The notes under the pieces: generated by a model
The model's input: only the letters and a program-made list of their open reading frames with translations
Told to the model about the DNA's origin: nothing
Database searches by the model: none
Made by a program: the position numbers and the translations under genes
Assembly (NCBI GenBank): GCA_045580305.1
Contig: JAZNNQ010000035.1
Span: 15,437-79,436, forward strand
Source: Eubacteriales bacterium
Lineage (GTDB): Bacteria; Bacillota; Clostridia; Oscillospirales; JAAYXM01
Direction: 5' to 3'
Length of the DNA stretch: 64,000 bases
Part shown: positions 1 to 9,934 of the stretch, in pieces
Numbering within the stretch: the stretch's first letter is position 1
How the letters are laid out: every line of letters starts with the position of its first letter

Positions 1-1429
1 TACGGCGGAGGCTTTCCTCTTTACCTAAAATGTGGAGAAGCTCAACGCCGCCACCCGGTGTTGTCTGCTTACCGGAAAGTGCGGTACGAAGCGGCCATAA
101 AACGAGACCGTTCTTAACCTCAAGAGATGCAATAAATCCGAACAGAGCCTCGTGTATACCCTCGGCTGTCCAGTCGGAGATACTCTCAACCAACGGAATT
201 AACTTAATAAGCATATCCTTGGATATCGCCTCATCGGTTTTCATCTTCTTGTGGCAATACATCGCTGTATCGTACTCGGGTAACTCGTCAAAGAAGTCTA
301 CCTTCTCGGGAATATCGGTTAAACGCTCGCATCTGGGCTGCAGGAGCGGCGCGATAAGCTTGGTATCAATGTTCGGGTTTTTAACCGTCTGTCTAATATA
401 CGGCTCTGCTATCTTGTGGAACTCATCAGCGGTCAGTGCTCTGATATACTCAGCGTTGATATAATCAAGCTTCTGAATGTCGAAAATCGCAGGTGACTTG
501 GAAATTCCCTTTATGTCGAAAATCTCAACAAGCTCACTCAGTGTGAAGATCTCACGCTCGCCACCCGGACTCCAGCCGAGTAAGGTCACATAGTTGATAA
601 GCGCATCCTTGAGATATCCCATATCAAGAAGATCCTCATATGAGGGGTCACCCTTACGCTTGGAGAGCTTCTCGGTTGCATTTTTCATAACCGGTGCACA
701 ATGTACATATGTGGGAACATCCCAGCCAAACGCCTGATATAAAAGGTTATACTTAGGCGCGCTGGATAAGTATTCAGCACCACGAACGACATGAGTAATG
801 CCCATTAAATGGTCGTCCACAACATTTGCAAAGTTGTAGGTGGGCATACCGTCGGACTTAATGAGAATCTGGTCATCAAGCTCTGCGTTTTCAACCGTGA
901 TGTCGCCATAAACAACATCTGAGAAAGTGGTTGAACCCTCTCTCGGCATCTTCTGACGAATTACATAGGGTTTTCCCGCCGCAAGATTCGCCTCAATTTC
1001 TTCCTTGGAAAGGCGTGAACAACGACCGTCGTATTTAAACGGACTGTCACCGTGGTCTTCTTTACCGCAGAAGCAGTAGTAAGCTGCACCACGCTCAATT
1101 AAAAGTTTAGCATAATCAAGGTACATTCCCTCGCGCTCGCTCTGTGTGTAGGGGCCGACCGGGCCTCCAACATCCGGGCCTTCGTCATAATTAAGACCTG
1201 TGTCGCGCATTGTGCGGAAGATCAGATCGGTAGCGCCCTCGACATAGCGCTCGCGGTCGGTATCCTCAATACGAAGGATAAAGTCGCCGCCTTCGTGCTT
1301 GGTTATCATATAGGTATAGAGTGCGGTGCGAAGGTTACCGATGTGCATATAACCGGTAGGGCTGGGTGCAAAACGGGTTCTTACCTTACCCTTCGGAATC
1401 CGCTCCTCCATTTTTGCAAAATCTATCAT
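1..1429 (-). CDS. gltX: Glutamate--tRNA ligase (GluRS); 3' end runs off the window
   Basis: Not in the ORF track because there is no stop inside the window. Hand translation of the minus strand from ATG at 1429 (GAGGTG 5 nt upstream) gives [41 protein letters not shown]... It has a class I HIGH-type motif (YMHIGN) and KLSKRKG (KMSKS-type). The frame stays open to position 1. Confidence 0.9.
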   Translation of the reverse strand, partial: MIDFAKMEERIPKGKVRTRFAPSPTGYMHIGNLRTALYTYMITKHEGGDFILRIEDTDRERYVEGATDLIFRTMRDTGLNYDEGPDVGGPVGPYTQSEREGMYLDYAKLLIERGAAYYCFCGKEDHGDSPFKYDGRCSRLSKEEIEANLAAGKPYVIRQKMPREGSTTFSDVVYGDITVENAELDDQILIKSDGMPTYNFANVVDDHLMGITHVVRGAEYLSSAPKYNLLYQAFGWDVPTYVHCAPVMKNATEKLSKRKGDPSYEDLLDMGYLKDALINYVTLLGWSPGGEREIFTLSELVEIFDIKGISKSPAIFDIQKLDYINAEYIRALTADEFHKIAEPYIRQTVKNPNIDTKLIAPLLQPRCERLTDIPEKVDFFDELPEYDTAMYCHKKMKTDEAISKDMLIKLIPLVESISDWTAEGIHEALFGFIASLEVKNGLVLWPLRTALSGKQTTPGGGVELLHILGKEESLRR

Positions 1430-1440
1430 AATTTACACCT

Positions 1441-3111
1441 CTATTTGCCTTTAGCAAAGGAATCTTTAAGTGATACTGTACGGTTGAACACCGGCTTTTC
1501 CGGGGTGGATAACTTATTATCAACACAGAAATAACCGTTACGCAGGAACTGGAATGACTCGGGGAATTTTGCATTCTCCATTCCCGGCTCGCACTTGGCA
1601 TTCTCAATAATCTCAAGGGATGCAGGATTTAAATTGTCGGTAAAGGTCTTGCCCTCAGGAACATCGGAAGGATCCGGAGTGTTGAAGAGGTTATCGTAAA
1701 GTCTTACTTCAGCATCTACCGCGTGCTTTGCGCTCACCCAATGGATAGTACCGCGAACCTTACGGCCATCAGCGGTTCCACCGCCGCGGGATTCGGGATC
1801 GTAATCGGCGTGAACCTCAATTACATTGCCCTCATCATCGCACTTATAGCCGGTGCAGGTAACATAATAAGCATATTTTAAGCGGACCTCATTGCCGATA
1901 AATAAACGGCGATAACCCTTGATCGGCTCGATCATAAAGTCCTCAGCTTCGATGTAAAGCTCCTTTGAGAAGGGTACGGGATGAGTTCCGCCCTCCTCAT
2001 TCATAGGATTGTTCTCAGCATCGAAATATTCAACCTGCTCCTCGGGATAGTTGTCAATTACAAGCTTAATGGGGCGAAGAACAACCATCTTGCGCTGAGC
2101 CTTTAAGTTAAGCTCCTCGCGGATGCAATGCTCAAGAAATGCGTAATCAACAACAGAGTAGGTCTTTGAAATACCGATTCGGTCACAGAAATTACGGATA
2201 GCCTCGGGTGTGTAGCCACGACGGCGAAGGCCCGAAAGGGTGGGCATACGGGGGTCGTCCCAACCGTCAACATGACCGCCCTCAACAAGTGCGCGCAGGT
2301 AACGCTTACTCATAACCGTGTAGGTCATATTAAGACGGGAGAACTCCATCTGACGGGGAGGCATCTCAAAACCAAGCTCACGAACTACCCAATCGTAAAG
2401 GGGTCTGTGATCCTCAAATTCGATAGAGCAAAGTGAGTGTGTAATGCCTTCAAGAGCGTCCTGAATGGGGTGTGCATAGTCATAAAGGGGGTAAATGCAC
2501 CACTTATCGCCCGGGCGATGGTGATTCATATGAAGAATACGATAAATTGCCGGGTCGCGCATATTGATATTGGGAGATGCCATATCAATTTTTGCACGAA
2601 GTGTGCGGGAACCGTCGGGGAACTCACCATTTCTCATACGCGCGAAAAGGTCTAAGTTTTCCTCAACGGAGCGGTCGCGATAGGGGCTGTTCTTGCCGGG
2701 AGTGGTAAGTGTGCCGCGGTATTCGCGCATTTCGTCTGCACTGAGGTCGCAAACAAAGGCCTTGCCCTTTTTAATAAGTTCTACTGCGAAGTCGTAGCAC
2801 TTCTCAAAATAGTCAGAGCCATAGAAAATTCCGCCGTCAGGAATAGCGCCAAGCCAGCGAAGATCCTCTTCAATAGAGCGGACAAACTCGTCCTCTTCCT
2901 TAACCGGGTTGGTGTCGTCATAACGGAGATTAAATTTACCGCCGTATTTTTTAGCAGTACCGGCACTTATCCAGATAGCCTTTGCACTTCCTATATGCAG
3001 GTAGCCGTTAGGCTCCGGCGGAAAGCGGGTGTGAATTGTACTGTCGCATCTGCCTTCTGCCAGGTCGCGATCCACCTGTTCGTAAATAAAATTACTTGAA
3101 ACTGTATCCAT
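1441..3111 (-). CDS. glnS: Glutamine--tRNA ligase (GlnRS)
   Basis: 556-aa ORF with [16 protein letters not shown] (HIGH) and VMSKR (KMSKS) motifs and GlnRS-typical length. The stop lies 11 nt upstream of the gltX start, so the two are likely co-transcribed. Confidence 0.9.
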   Translation of the reverse strand: MDTVSSNFIYEQVDRDLAEGRCDSTIHTRFPPEPNGYLHIGSAKAIWISAGTAKKYGGKFNLRYDDTNPVKEEDEFVRSIEEDLRWLGAIPDGGIFYGSDYFEKCYDFAVELIKKGKAFVCDLSADEMREYRGTLTTPGKNSPYRDRSVEENLDLFARMRNGEFPDGSRTLRAKIDMASPNINMRDPAIYRILHMNHHRPGDKWCIYPLYDYAHPIQDALEGITHSLCSIEFEDHRPLYDWVVRELGFEMPPRQMEFSRLNMTYTVMSKRYLRALVEGGHVDGWDDPRMPTLSGLRRRGYTPEAIRNFCDRIGISKTYSVVDYAFLEHCIREELNLKAQRKMVVLRPIKLVIDNYPEEQVEYFDAENNPMNEEGGTHPVPFSKELYIEAEDFMIEPIKGYRRLFIGNEVRLKYAYYVTCTGYKCDDEGNVIEVHADYDPESRGGGTADGRKVRGTIHWVSAKHAVDAEVRLYDNLFNTPDPSDVPEGKTFTDNLNPASLEIIENAKCEPGMENAKFPESFQFLRNGYFCVDNKLSTPEKPVFNRTVSLKDSFAKGK

Positions 3112-3296
3112 TGTATCATCCTCCGATGTAAAAAAGACAATTTTACTCAGTATAGAAATATTCTACCACAAAACATCCTCAATACACAAGTAAAATATAC
3201 GGATTTTTAAAATAATAATGGAAATGTGCCGACTTTTTCACCTATCTCCCCTGCCCTGCATAGGATAAAGAGAAAAACTGCAAAGGTGGGGCGTAT

Positions 3297-3908
3297 ATGT
3301 CCGTTTTATTATACATTTTGTCGGTTAATTTAGACTCAATTGGTGTAGGATTGTCTTATGGGGTGCGAAAAATACATATTTCGCGGCTTGCCCTTCTGAT
3401 TATTGCCCTTTTTTCTGTTATTTGCTCCTTTTTGGCTCTGATTTTCGGCAGATTTTTAGGTGGATTTCTCACAATAGAGTCCGGAAAGGCGTTGGGAGAT
3501 GGTGTTTTATTCTTCTTAGGGCTTTGGATTTTGCTGTCAGCATTAAAAAACGATGCACCTCGTCAAATCAAGGCGCACACTTTTTCGGTAAAACCCCTTG
3601 GAATTACCGTTTCGATTATGCAGGACCCGACACTGTGCGACTTTGATGACTCTTCCCGCATTGATGGGCGGGAAGCGGTTTATCTCGCTCTGGCACTTTC
3701 TCTGGATTCCATTGCGATAAGCATTGGCGTTGGTATTTCCGGCTTCACGCAATGGTATCTTCCACTACTTATCGGCGCATCCCAGCTTGTTTTTCTGGAG
3801 TGCGGGCGATATTTGGGCAAAAAACTTGCAAATAAATTTAAAATTTCAAACAAAGTCTGGACATTCCTTGCGGGTCTGGCACTAATTATTCTGGCATTGT
3901 TGGGATAA
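3297..3908 (+). CDS. YtaF-like / MntP-family (DUF204 repeat) integral membrane protein
   Basis: 203 aa and strongly hydrophobic. Two internal repeats (LDSIGVGLSYG and LSLDSIAISIGVG) are typical of the DUF204/YtaF sporulation membrane protein family. Confidence 0.6.
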   Translation: MSVLLYILSVNLDSIGVGLSYGVRKIHISRLALLIIALFSVICSFLALIFGRFLGGFLTIESGKALGDGVLFFLGLWILLSALKNDAPRQIKAHTFSVKPLGITVSIMQDPTLCDFDDSSRIDGREAVYLALALSLDSIAISIGVGISGFTQWYLPLLIGASQLVFLECGRYLGKKLANKFKISNKVWTFLAGLALIILALLG

Positions 3909-3911
3909 AAA

Positions 3912-3937
3912 AACACCGTTGCATCAGCAACGGTGTT
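3912..3937. terminator. Bidirectional rho-independent terminator between the ytaF-like gene and rplL
   Basis: Perfect hairpin aacaccgttgc-atca-gcaacggtgtt, flanked by an A-run upstream and a T-run downstream. It sits between convergent genes. Confidence 0.8.
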
Positions 3938-3972
3938 TTAATTAACTATAGGAAATGAATTTGGGGTTTAGC

Positions 3973-4347
3973 TTACTTAAGCTCAACCTTAGCGCCAGCT
4001 TCCTCAAGCTTAGCCTTCATAGCTTCAGCATCGTCCTTGCTTACGCCTTCCTTAACAGCCTTCGGTGCGTTGTCAACAACTTCCTTAGCTTCCTTAAGGC
4101 CAAGACCGGTAAGCTCACGAACAACCTTGATAACATTGATCTTGCCAGCGCCAGCGTCAACAAGAACAACATCGAACTCACTCTTCTCAGCAGCAGCCGG
4201 AGCATCGCCACCAGCAGCCGGAGCAGCAACTGCAACAGCAGCAGCGGATACGCCGAACTCTTCCTCGATAGCCTTTACGAGGTCAGCAACCTCGAGAAGG
4301 GACATAGCCTTGATTTCTTCAACAATGTTAGTAATTTTCTCAGACAT
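3973..4347 (-). CDS. rplL: 50S ribosomal protein L7/L12
   Basis: [33 protein letters not shown]... with an Ala-rich hinge and the C-terminal [40 protein letters not shown]. Start moved to ATG 4347 because the track start at 4362 is the GGAGG RBS itself. Confidence 0.95.
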   Translation of the reverse strand: MSEKITNIVEEIKAMSLLEVADLVKAIEEEFGVSAAAVAVAAPAAGGDAPAAAEKSEFDVVLVDAGAGKINVIKVVRELTGLGLKEAKEVVDNAPKAVKEGVSKDDAEAMKAKLEEAGAKVELK

Positions 4348-4383
4348 TTTAAAATCCTCCAATCAAAATTTTTGTTTTTTAAA

Positions 4384-4893
4384 TTATGCAGTTTCCTGCT
4401 CGCCTTTTTCAACGATAGCATTAAGCGCAATAGCGAAAGATGTGATCGGGCCCTTCAAGCTGCCAAGTAACTTTGCGAGAAGAACTTCGCGGCTGGGAGT
4501 AGCAGCGAGCTGCTTAACCTCGTCAACACCGATAACTCTACCCTCAACGAAACCTGCCTTGATGTTAAATACCTTTTCATCCTTCTTTGCATAGTCAGCG
4601 ATGATCTTTGCCGGAGCAACAGCGTCATCCATACTGATAGCAATAGCAGTGGTACCATGGAGTACCTCATCAAGAGCGTCAAAACCAGCTTCCTTTGCAG
4701 CGAAGCGGATAAGGTTGTTCTTGATAACGGTGTACTCTACATTGTTCTTACGCATCTCAGCACGAAGCTTTGTATCGTCTTCAACATTGATACCCTTGTA
4801 ATCGACTAACACACCGCTGCTTGCATTTTTCATCTTTTCAGCAAGATCAGCGACTATAGCCTTCTTTTCTTCTAAAACCTTTGCGTTTGGCAC
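4384..4893 (-). CDS. rplJ: 50S ribosomal protein L10
   Basis: L10-like sequence (PNAKVLEEKKAIVADLAEKMKNASSGVLVDYKGINVEDDTKLR...). Start placed at GTG 4893, 9 nt after GGAGGTG; the track start at 4905 overlaps the RBS. Confidence 0.9.
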   Translation of the reverse strand: MPNAKVLEEKKAIVADLAEKMKNASSGVLVDYKGINVEDDTKLRAEMRKNNVEYTVIKNNLIRFAAKEAGFDALDEVLHGTTAIAISMDDAVAPAKIIADYAKKDEKVFNIKAGFVEGRVIGVDEVKQLAATPSREVLLAKLLGSLKGPITSFAIALNAIVEKGEQETA

Positions 4894-5058
4894 AGTAAAT
4901 TTCACCTCCGTAGTTAAAAAAAGTAAACCCCTGCATCACTTAAGACACAGGGGTAAAATAGACAAATGTATAAAATTACATAAGCGCTATTTCCTCGGTA
5001 GGCTTGAGTTACCTCAAATTATATCGCTTACGCGACACCTACTGTCTTAAGAGAAGCA
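4894..5058 (-). promoter_or_regulatory. rplJ-rplL 5' leader (L10-leader-like) with an intrinsic attenuator hairpin
   Basis: About 165-nt untranslated leader downstream of a consensus promoter. It contains the hairpin CCCCTG...CAGGGG (4928-4953) followed on the minus strand by a T-rich tract immediately before the RBS. Position and layout match the Firmicute L10 autoregulatory leader. No covariance model was run. Confidence 0.55.
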
Positions 5059-5064
5059 AAATAG

Positions 5065-5093
5065 ATTATAAACTAAATAGTTAGTTTTGTCAA
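5065..5093 (-). promoter_or_regulatory. Sigma-A consensus promoter for rplJL
   Basis: The minus strand reads TTGACA (5093-5088), a 17-nt spacer, then TATAAT (5070-5065). Confidence 0.7.
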
Positions 5094-5100
5094 GTATAAA

Positions 5101-5796
5101 TTAACCCATTAACTTTGCAGAGTTAACCTTGACGCCCGGACCCATAGTTGATGCAACAACACAGGAGCGGATGTACTGACCCTTAGCAGCAGCCGGCTTA
5201 GCCTTGATGATAGCGTTCATAAGAGTGTTGAAGTTCTCAGAAAGCTTCTCAACGCCAAAGGAAACCTTGCCGATCGGGCAGTGAATGATGTTGGTTTTGT
5301 CAAGACGGTACTCGATCTTACCTGCCTTAAGGTCTGCAATAGCCTTAGCAACATCAGGTGTAACGGTACCAGCCTTCGGGTTCGGCATAAGACCCTTCGG
5401 ACCTAAAACCTTACCGAGACGACCAACAAGACCCATCATATCGGGTGTAGCAACGACAACATCGAAGTCAAAGAAGTTCTCGCTCTGAATACGAGCAACG
5501 AGATCCTCAGCACCAACTACATCAGCGCCAGCCTCCTCAGCCTCTTTTGCCTTATCGTTCTTTGCAAATACGCAAACACGAACCTTCTTACCTGTACCAT
5601 GGGGCAGAACTACCGCACCGCGAACCTGCTGGTCAGCGTGGCGGGAGTCAACGCCTAATTTAACATGAAGCTCAACGGTCTCATCGAACTTAGCCTTACC
5701 GGACTTAACAACGAGATCTAATGCTTCTTCGGTGTCGTATTGATTTGCACGGTCGATGAGCTTTGCGCTCTCGACATACTTTTTACCTCTACGCAC
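5101..5796 (-). CDS. rplA: 50S ribosomal protein L1
   Basis: [29 protein letters not shown]... is typical L1. Start moved to GTG 5796, preceded by GGAGGAAAAACA. The 20-aa N-terminal extension in the track has no homology rationale. Confidence 0.9.
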   Translation of the reverse strand: MRRGKKYVESAKLIDRANQYDTEEALDLVVKSGKAKFDETVELHVKLGVDSRHADQQVRGAVVLPHGTGKKVRVCVFAKNDKAKEAEEAGADVVGAEDLVARIQSENFFDFDVVVATPDMMGLVGRLGKVLGPKGLMPNPKAGTVTPDVAKAIADLKAGKIEYRLDKTNIIHCPIGKVSFGVEKLSENFNTLMNAIIKAKPAAAKGQYIRSCVVASTMGPGVKVNSAKLMG

Positions 5797-5873
5797 TGTT
5801 TTTCCTCCTTCTGGTGGTTTTTCGGGTGCTTTGCACCCTCCCACTTGGGCGGTCATACCGCCTTCACATAAAA

Positions 5874-6299
5874 TTACTCTTCTACTGTGATACCCATGCT
5901 GCGAGCGGTACCCGCAATCATGCTCATTGCTGTCTCGATAGTAGCAGCATTTAAGTCAACCATCTTGGTCTCTGCGATCTTCTTAACATCTTCTTTAGAG
6001 ATCTTAGCAACCTTGGTCTTGTTCGGTACAGCAGAACCACTCTCGATCTTGCAAGCCTTCTTGATAAGAACGGATGCAGGCGGAGTCTTGGTAATGAAGG
6101 TAAACGAACGGTCTGCATAAACGGTGATGATTACCGGGATGATAAGACCGATGTCGTTCTTCGTGCGCTCGTTGAATTCCTTGGTGAACTGCACGATATT
6201 GATACCGTGCTGACCGAGTGCCGGACCTACCGGCGGTGCCGGAGTCGCTTTACCGGCGGGGATTTGCAGTTTTACATATCCAATAACCTTTTGAGCCAT
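5874..6299 (-). CDS. rplK: 50S ribosomal protein L11
   Basis: [35 protein letters not shown]... is the canonical L11 N-terminus; 141 aa. Confidence 0.95.
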   Translation of the reverse strand: MAQKVIGYVKLQIPAGKATPAPPVGPALGQHGINIVQFTKEFNERTKNDIGLIIPVIITVYADRSFTFITKTPPASVLIKKACKIESGSAVPNKTKVAKISKEDVKKIAETKMVDLNAATIETAMSMIAGTARSMGITVEE

Positions 6300-6414
6300 T
6301 GTAGTAGCACCTCCTTGTTAAAAATGTGGTAAATGGCGGAATGTCTTTTCGACACCCTCCCACGCGTGCAATGTTGCACATCTATGCAAGCACTATTGTG
6401 CCAACACACAAAAT

Positions 6415-6939
6415 TTACTCTTCCACTGGTTCGACAGCCGCAAGGTCAACATCAACCGTGGTCTCGCGACCAAACATAAGCACAGTAACCTTGACCTTAC
6501 TGTTTTCGATATCGATTTCCTCAACTTTACCGATGATATTTTCGAAAGCACCTTCAATAATCTTAATACTATCGCCAACCGCATAGTCAACGGTAACCTC
6601 GTGCTTTTCAACGCCGAGAGCGTTAAGCTCTTCCTCGGTAAGCGGTACAGGCTTGCTTTCGGGACCAACAAATCCGGTAACACCGCGAGTATTGCGGATT
6701 ACATACCAGCTTTCATCGGTCATAACCATTTTTACGAGAACATAGCTGGGGAAAATCATACGCTCGACCTCGCGGCGCTCACCATCCTTGATTTCAACCA
6801 CGGTTTCCATAGGGATATAGGTGGCGTGGATAAGGTCATGCAGTTTTCTGTTCTCGACGGTTTTTTCAATTGTGCTGGCTACTTTGTTTTCGTAGCCCGC
6901 GTATGTGTGAACGACATACCATTTTGCGTTTTCAGCCAT
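6415..6939 (-). CDS. nusG: Transcription termination/antitermination factor NusG
   Basis: 174 aa. WYVVHTYAGYENKV is the NGN-domain start, and the C-terminal region is KOW-like (GDSIKIIEGAFENIIGKVEEI). It follows the conserved secE-nusG-rplK order. Confidence 0.95.
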   Translation of the reverse strand: MAENAKWYVVHTYAGYENKVASTIEKTVENRKLHDLIHATYIPMETVVEIKDGERREVERMIFPSYVLVKMVMTDESWYVIRNTRGVTGFVGPESKPVPLTEEELNALGVEKHEVTVDYAVGDSIKIIEGAFENIIGKVEEIDIENSKVKVTVLMFGRETTVDVDLAAVEPVEE

Positions 6940-6957
6940 AAAGCAAAACTCCCAACC

Positions 6958-7161
6958 TTACAATGTTAAGAGAGCCGCAACGCCTGCAGTAAGCCCTAAA
7001 TCAATGATACCGATGAATACAGCTACAACAATTACCATCGCCATAACGATACCGGTATTCTTTACAACCTGGGGCAGTGTCGGCCATACAATTTTCTTAA
7101 GCTCGCTCTTCATTTCGCGGAACCATTTGCCCGCATCTCGTGAGCGTTTCTTTTCAGACAT
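6958..7161 (-). CDS. secE: Preprotein translocase subunit SecE
   Basis: Small protein with a basic N-terminus and a single C-terminal TM segment (GIVMAMVIVVAVFIGIIDLGL), in the conserved position between rpmG and nusG. Start placed at ATG 7161 (MSEKK...), but GTG 7173 remains possible. Confidence 0.85.
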   Translation of the reverse strand: MSEKKRSRDAGKWFREMKSELKKIVWPTLPQVVKNTGIVMAMVIVVAVFIGIIDLGLTAGVAALLTL

Positions 7162-7193
7162 TGTTTTGCACACCCTTTCTCTTAATAAGTAGC

Positions 7194-7343
7194 TTACTTC
7201 GTTTCTTTATGAAGGGTATGCTTACGGCAGAAACGACAATACTTATTCATCTCGAGACGGTCAGGATCATTTTTCTTGTTCTTAACCGTATCATAGTTGC
7301 GCTGCTTGCACTCCTGGCAAACTAAAGTGATCTTAACTCTCAT
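7194..7343 (-). CDS. rpmG: 50S ribosomal protein L33
   Basis: [49 protein letters not shown] is a Zn-ribbon-type L33. Start at ATG 7343 with GGAGG upstream. The track's 82-aa version is an upstream in-frame extension. Confidence 0.95.
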   Translation of the reverse strand: MRVKITLVCQECKQRNYDTVKNKKNDPDRLEMNKYCRFCRKHTLHKETK

Positions 7344-7469
7344 TCTAACGGCACCTCCTAAGATTATAGCCTCCCTGACGGGTATTCCCGCGCGGATAAG
7401 TGTTTTTCCGCATAAGGAGTCGGCCCAAAAATGAGCGCACAAAAAAAAGACCCCTCACAGGTACTATCT

Positions 7470-7498
7470 AATATAGCATAACTTTTCCACCGGGTCAA
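7470..7498 (-). promoter_or_regulatory. Promoter of the rpmG-secE-nusG unit
   Basis: The minus strand reads TTGACC (7498-7493), a 17-nt spacer, then TATATT (7475-7470). An A-tract (UP-element-like) lies immediately upstream at 7501-7518. Confidence 0.55.
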
Positions 7499-7566
7499 GT
7501 ATTTTTTTAATTTTTTTGCAACTTTTATTTTTTTATGATAGAATAGCCTCGTAAGGAGGTTTTCTT

Positions 7567-7986
7567 ATGGCACGAATTATGGGTATAGATTACGGCGATG
7601 CCCGGGTTGGGCTTGCCTTTTCCGATATAACCGGTTTTCTTGTAGGTGAAGCATTCACCCTCCACGAGCGCAACTTAGAGCGGGTGGTTGATGCCATTGT
7701 GACATACGCTAAGGAGCGAGGCGTCTCAGAGATTGTTCTGGGCTATCCGAAAAATATGAACGCCACCGTAGGTATCCGCGGCGAAAAGAGCGAGGCATTA
7801 GCTGAAATTTTACGGGAGCGCACCTCCCTGCCGGTAATTTTATGGGACGAGCGCAGTACCACGGTATCCGCGCATCAAATTTTAAACCAGCACAATGTGC
7901 GCGGCAAGAAGCGCAAGGACACGGTGGACGCGGTTGCCGCCACCCTTATTCTTCAGACCTATCTGGATTACAAATCACGAGGTTAA
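7567..7986 (+). CDS. ruvX: Holliday-junction-resolvase-like nuclease RuvX (YqgF)
   Basis: 139 aa. MARIMGIDYGDARVGLAFSD... is the YqgF family N-terminus; AAGGAGG RBS. Confidence 0.9.
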   Translation: MARIMGIDYGDARVGLAFSDITGFLVGEAFTLHERNLERVVDAIVTYAKERGVSEIVLGYPKNMNATVGIRGEKSEALAEILRERTSLPVILWDERSTTVSAHQILNQHNVRGKKRKDTVDAVAATLILQTYLDYKSRG

Positions 7987-8040
7987 CACTTTTCGCCTTT
8001 CCTACATATTATATATTATAATATAATAAGGAGAGGTTAT

Positions 8041-8775
8041 ATGCCAAACATATACTTAAGTCCCTCTACACAGGAATTTAACCAATATGTAAACGGCGGC
8101 ACCGAAGAGCAGTATGCAAATTTAATTGCAGATTATATGATCCCCTATTTAGAGGCCAGTGGTATTACATACACCCGAAACACGCCGGATATGACCGCCG
8201 CATCCTCGATCAGGGCGTCAAATGCAGGAAATTACGACCTGCACCTCGCAATTCACTCCAACGCCGCCGGCCCGGGCAATGAAGGTCAGGTTCGGGGCTC
8301 CATCGCCTTTTATTATCCAACAAGCGTTGAGGGTCAGCGGGCGGCAGAGATTATTGCAAATAATTTTAAGCTGATTTATCCCGACCCTTCATTGGTATCC
8401 GCGCGCCCTACCACCACACTTGGTGAGGTATCGCGAACGAGAGCGCCCTCGGTGCTATTTGAGATTGCCTATCACGACAATCCGCAGGACGCGGCGTGGA
8501 TAAAAAACAATCTTCGGGATATTGCCCGAAACATATCCCTTTCGCTGACTGATTTCTTTGATATTCCCTTCGTGGTACCGGAAGCGGCGCGTGTTGGCAC
8601 GGTAAATGCCACCGCACTTAACATCAGAGCGCGACCCAACACAAATTCCGCGGTACTCCGTACCGTACCTAATGGCACACAGCTTGATATTTTAGGAAGT
8701 GCCGACGGCTGGTACACAGTGAATTACGACGGTACTACCGGATATGTAAGCTCACAATATGTAACGATAAATTAA
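8041..8775 (+). CDS. N-acetylmuramoyl-L-alanine amidase (Amidase_3-like) with a C-terminal SH3b-like domain; no signal peptide
   Basis: 244 aa. It has an LHLAIHSNA and FEIAYHDN zinc-amidase-like core and a C-terminal GTVNATALNIRARPNTNSAVLRTVPNGTQLDILGSADGWYTVNYDGTTGYVSSQYV (bacterial SH3 pattern). The N-terminus is not hydrophobic. Confidence 0.75.
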   Translation: MPNIYLSPSTQEFNQYVNGGTEEQYANLIADYMIPYLEASGITYTRNTPDMTAASSIRASNAGNYDLHLAIHSNAAGPGNEGQVRGSIAFYYPTSVEGQRAAEIIANNFKLIYPDPSLVSARPTTTLGEVSRTRAPSVLFEIAYHDNPQDAAWIKNNLRDIARNISLSLTDFFDIPFVVPEAARVGTVNATALNIRARPNTNSAVLRTVPNGTQLDILGSADGWYTVNYDGTTGYVSSQYVTIN

Positions 8776-8780
8776 AAAAA

Positions 8781-8803
8781 AGCACACCGCTCCGCGGTGT
8801 GCT
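8781..8803. terminator. Bidirectional terminator shared by the amidase gene and ftsZ
   Basis: Hairpin agcacaccgc-tcc-gcggtgtgct, flanked by an A-run (8774-8780) and a T-run (8803-8814), between convergent genes. Confidence 0.85.
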
Positions 8804-8812
8804 TTTATTTTT

Positions 8813-9916
8813 TTACTTTCTGCTCTGGAAGATTTTTAAGATGCCCTCATAGGGATCTTCTTCGTCGTCCTTCTTCTCTTCACCCTTAGCGGCACTGAGA
8901 ATTTCCTCAAAAGCGGCGGAAACTTCCTTTTTTGCCTTCTCCTGAGTGTTGACAGTATCGCCACCTTCAAAGCCGGTAGCAATAACAGTAACGCGGATCT
9001 CATCCTCCATAGTGTTATCAAGTGCCGCACCGAAGATAATGTTAGCCTCCGGATGAGCAGCTGCACGAACCATCTCAGCCGCGGTCTCGATTTCGTCAAG
9101 GCCGAGGTCAATTGAGCCTGCAACATGTATGATAACGCCCTTTGCACCGTCGATGGAAGACTCTAAGAGCGGGCTGTGGATAGCCATACGAGCAGCCTCG
9201 GAAGCCTTGTCCTTGCCACTTGCACGACCGATACCCATATGAGCATAGCCTGCACCGCGCATAATCTTGCTTACATCGGCAAAGTCAAGGTTAATGAAGC
9301 CCTGAGCGCTGATAAGATCGGAAATGCTCTGGATAGCCTGCTTAAGTACATCGTCTGCAATTTCAAAAGCGTTCATAAAGGTGATCTTCTGCTCGGAAAC
9401 GCAGCTTAAACGATCGTTGGGGATAACGATAAGGGAGTCAACCTTCTCGCGAAGAGCTGCAATACCCTCATCAGCCTGGCGCTTACGGACAACGCCCTCA
9501 AACTTGAAGGGTTTGGTAACAACGCCAACGGTAAGAATGCCCATCTCACGAGCGAGATCAGCAATAATGGGAGCCGCACCTGTACCGGTACCACCGCCCA
9601 TACCCGCGGTAACAAATACCATATCGGTATTCTCTAAAACTTTTCTGATCTGGTCGCGGCTCTCGTCAGCAGCCTGACGGCCGATCTCGGGGTCAGAACC
9701 TGCACCAAGACCCTTGGTTAACTTCTCACCAAGCTGGATCTTGTATGTAGCGCTGGAATTGCGGAGTGCCTGCTTGTCTGTGTTAGCGGCAATAAATTCT
9801 ACACCGCGCACATTTGAATTGATCATACGATTAACAGCGTTACTACCGCCGCCACCTGCACCGATAACCTTGATAGCAACAACAATATCGCGATCTGCAT
9901 CGAGTTCGAATGCCAT
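8813..9916 (-). CDS. ftsZ: Cell division GTPase FtsZ
   Basis: 367 aa. [17 protein letters not shown] and the tubulin signature [12 protein letters not shown] are present, with an acidic linker and C-terminal peptide ([12 protein letters not shown]). Confidence 0.97.
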   Translation of the reverse strand: MAFELDADRDIVVAIKVIGAGGGGSNAVNRMINSNVRGVEFIAANTDKQALRNSSATYKIQLGEKLTKGLGAGSDPEIGRQAADESRDQIRKVLENTDMVFVTAGMGGGTGTGAAPIIADLAREMGILTVGVVTKPFKFEGVVRKRQADEGIAALREKVDSLIVIPNDRLSCVSEQKITFMNAFEIADDVLKQAIQSISDLISAQGFINLDFADVSKIMRGAGYAHMGIGRASGKDKASEAARMAIHSPLLESSIDGAKGVIIHVAGSIDLGLDEIETAAEMVRAAAHPEANIIFGAALDNTMEDEIRVTVIATGFEGGDTVNTQEKAKKEVSAAFEEILSAAKGEEKKDDEEDPYEGILKIFQSRK

Positions 9917-9934
9917 AAAAAATTCCTCCTATAT

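Noticed and set aside
4037-4594. 185-aa plus-strand ORF spanning rplL and rplJ (and the related 171-aa ORF at 3955-4470)
   Set aside because: It is antisense to two highly conserved ribosomal protein genes. The Ala/Ser/Thr/Pro-rich low-complexity translation is typical of the reverse frame of GC3-biased genes. It has no RBS.
5797-5856. Upstream extensions of track ORFs (rplA 5856, rpmG 7442, rplL 4362, rplJ 4905, PIG-L 26585, murA 13114, icd-like 63495, dinB 28514)
   Set aside because: In each case an internal start has a canonical RBS at proper spacing and matches the family N-terminus. The extensions cover RBSs, terminators or promoters.
6300-6414. Possible L1-binding leader upstream of rplK (GGGAGGGTGTCGAAAAGAC...)
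   Set aside because: It bears only a vague resemblance to L1 rRNA/mRNA binding sites. At 115 nt with no clear conserved structure by eye, there is not enough to report as a feature.
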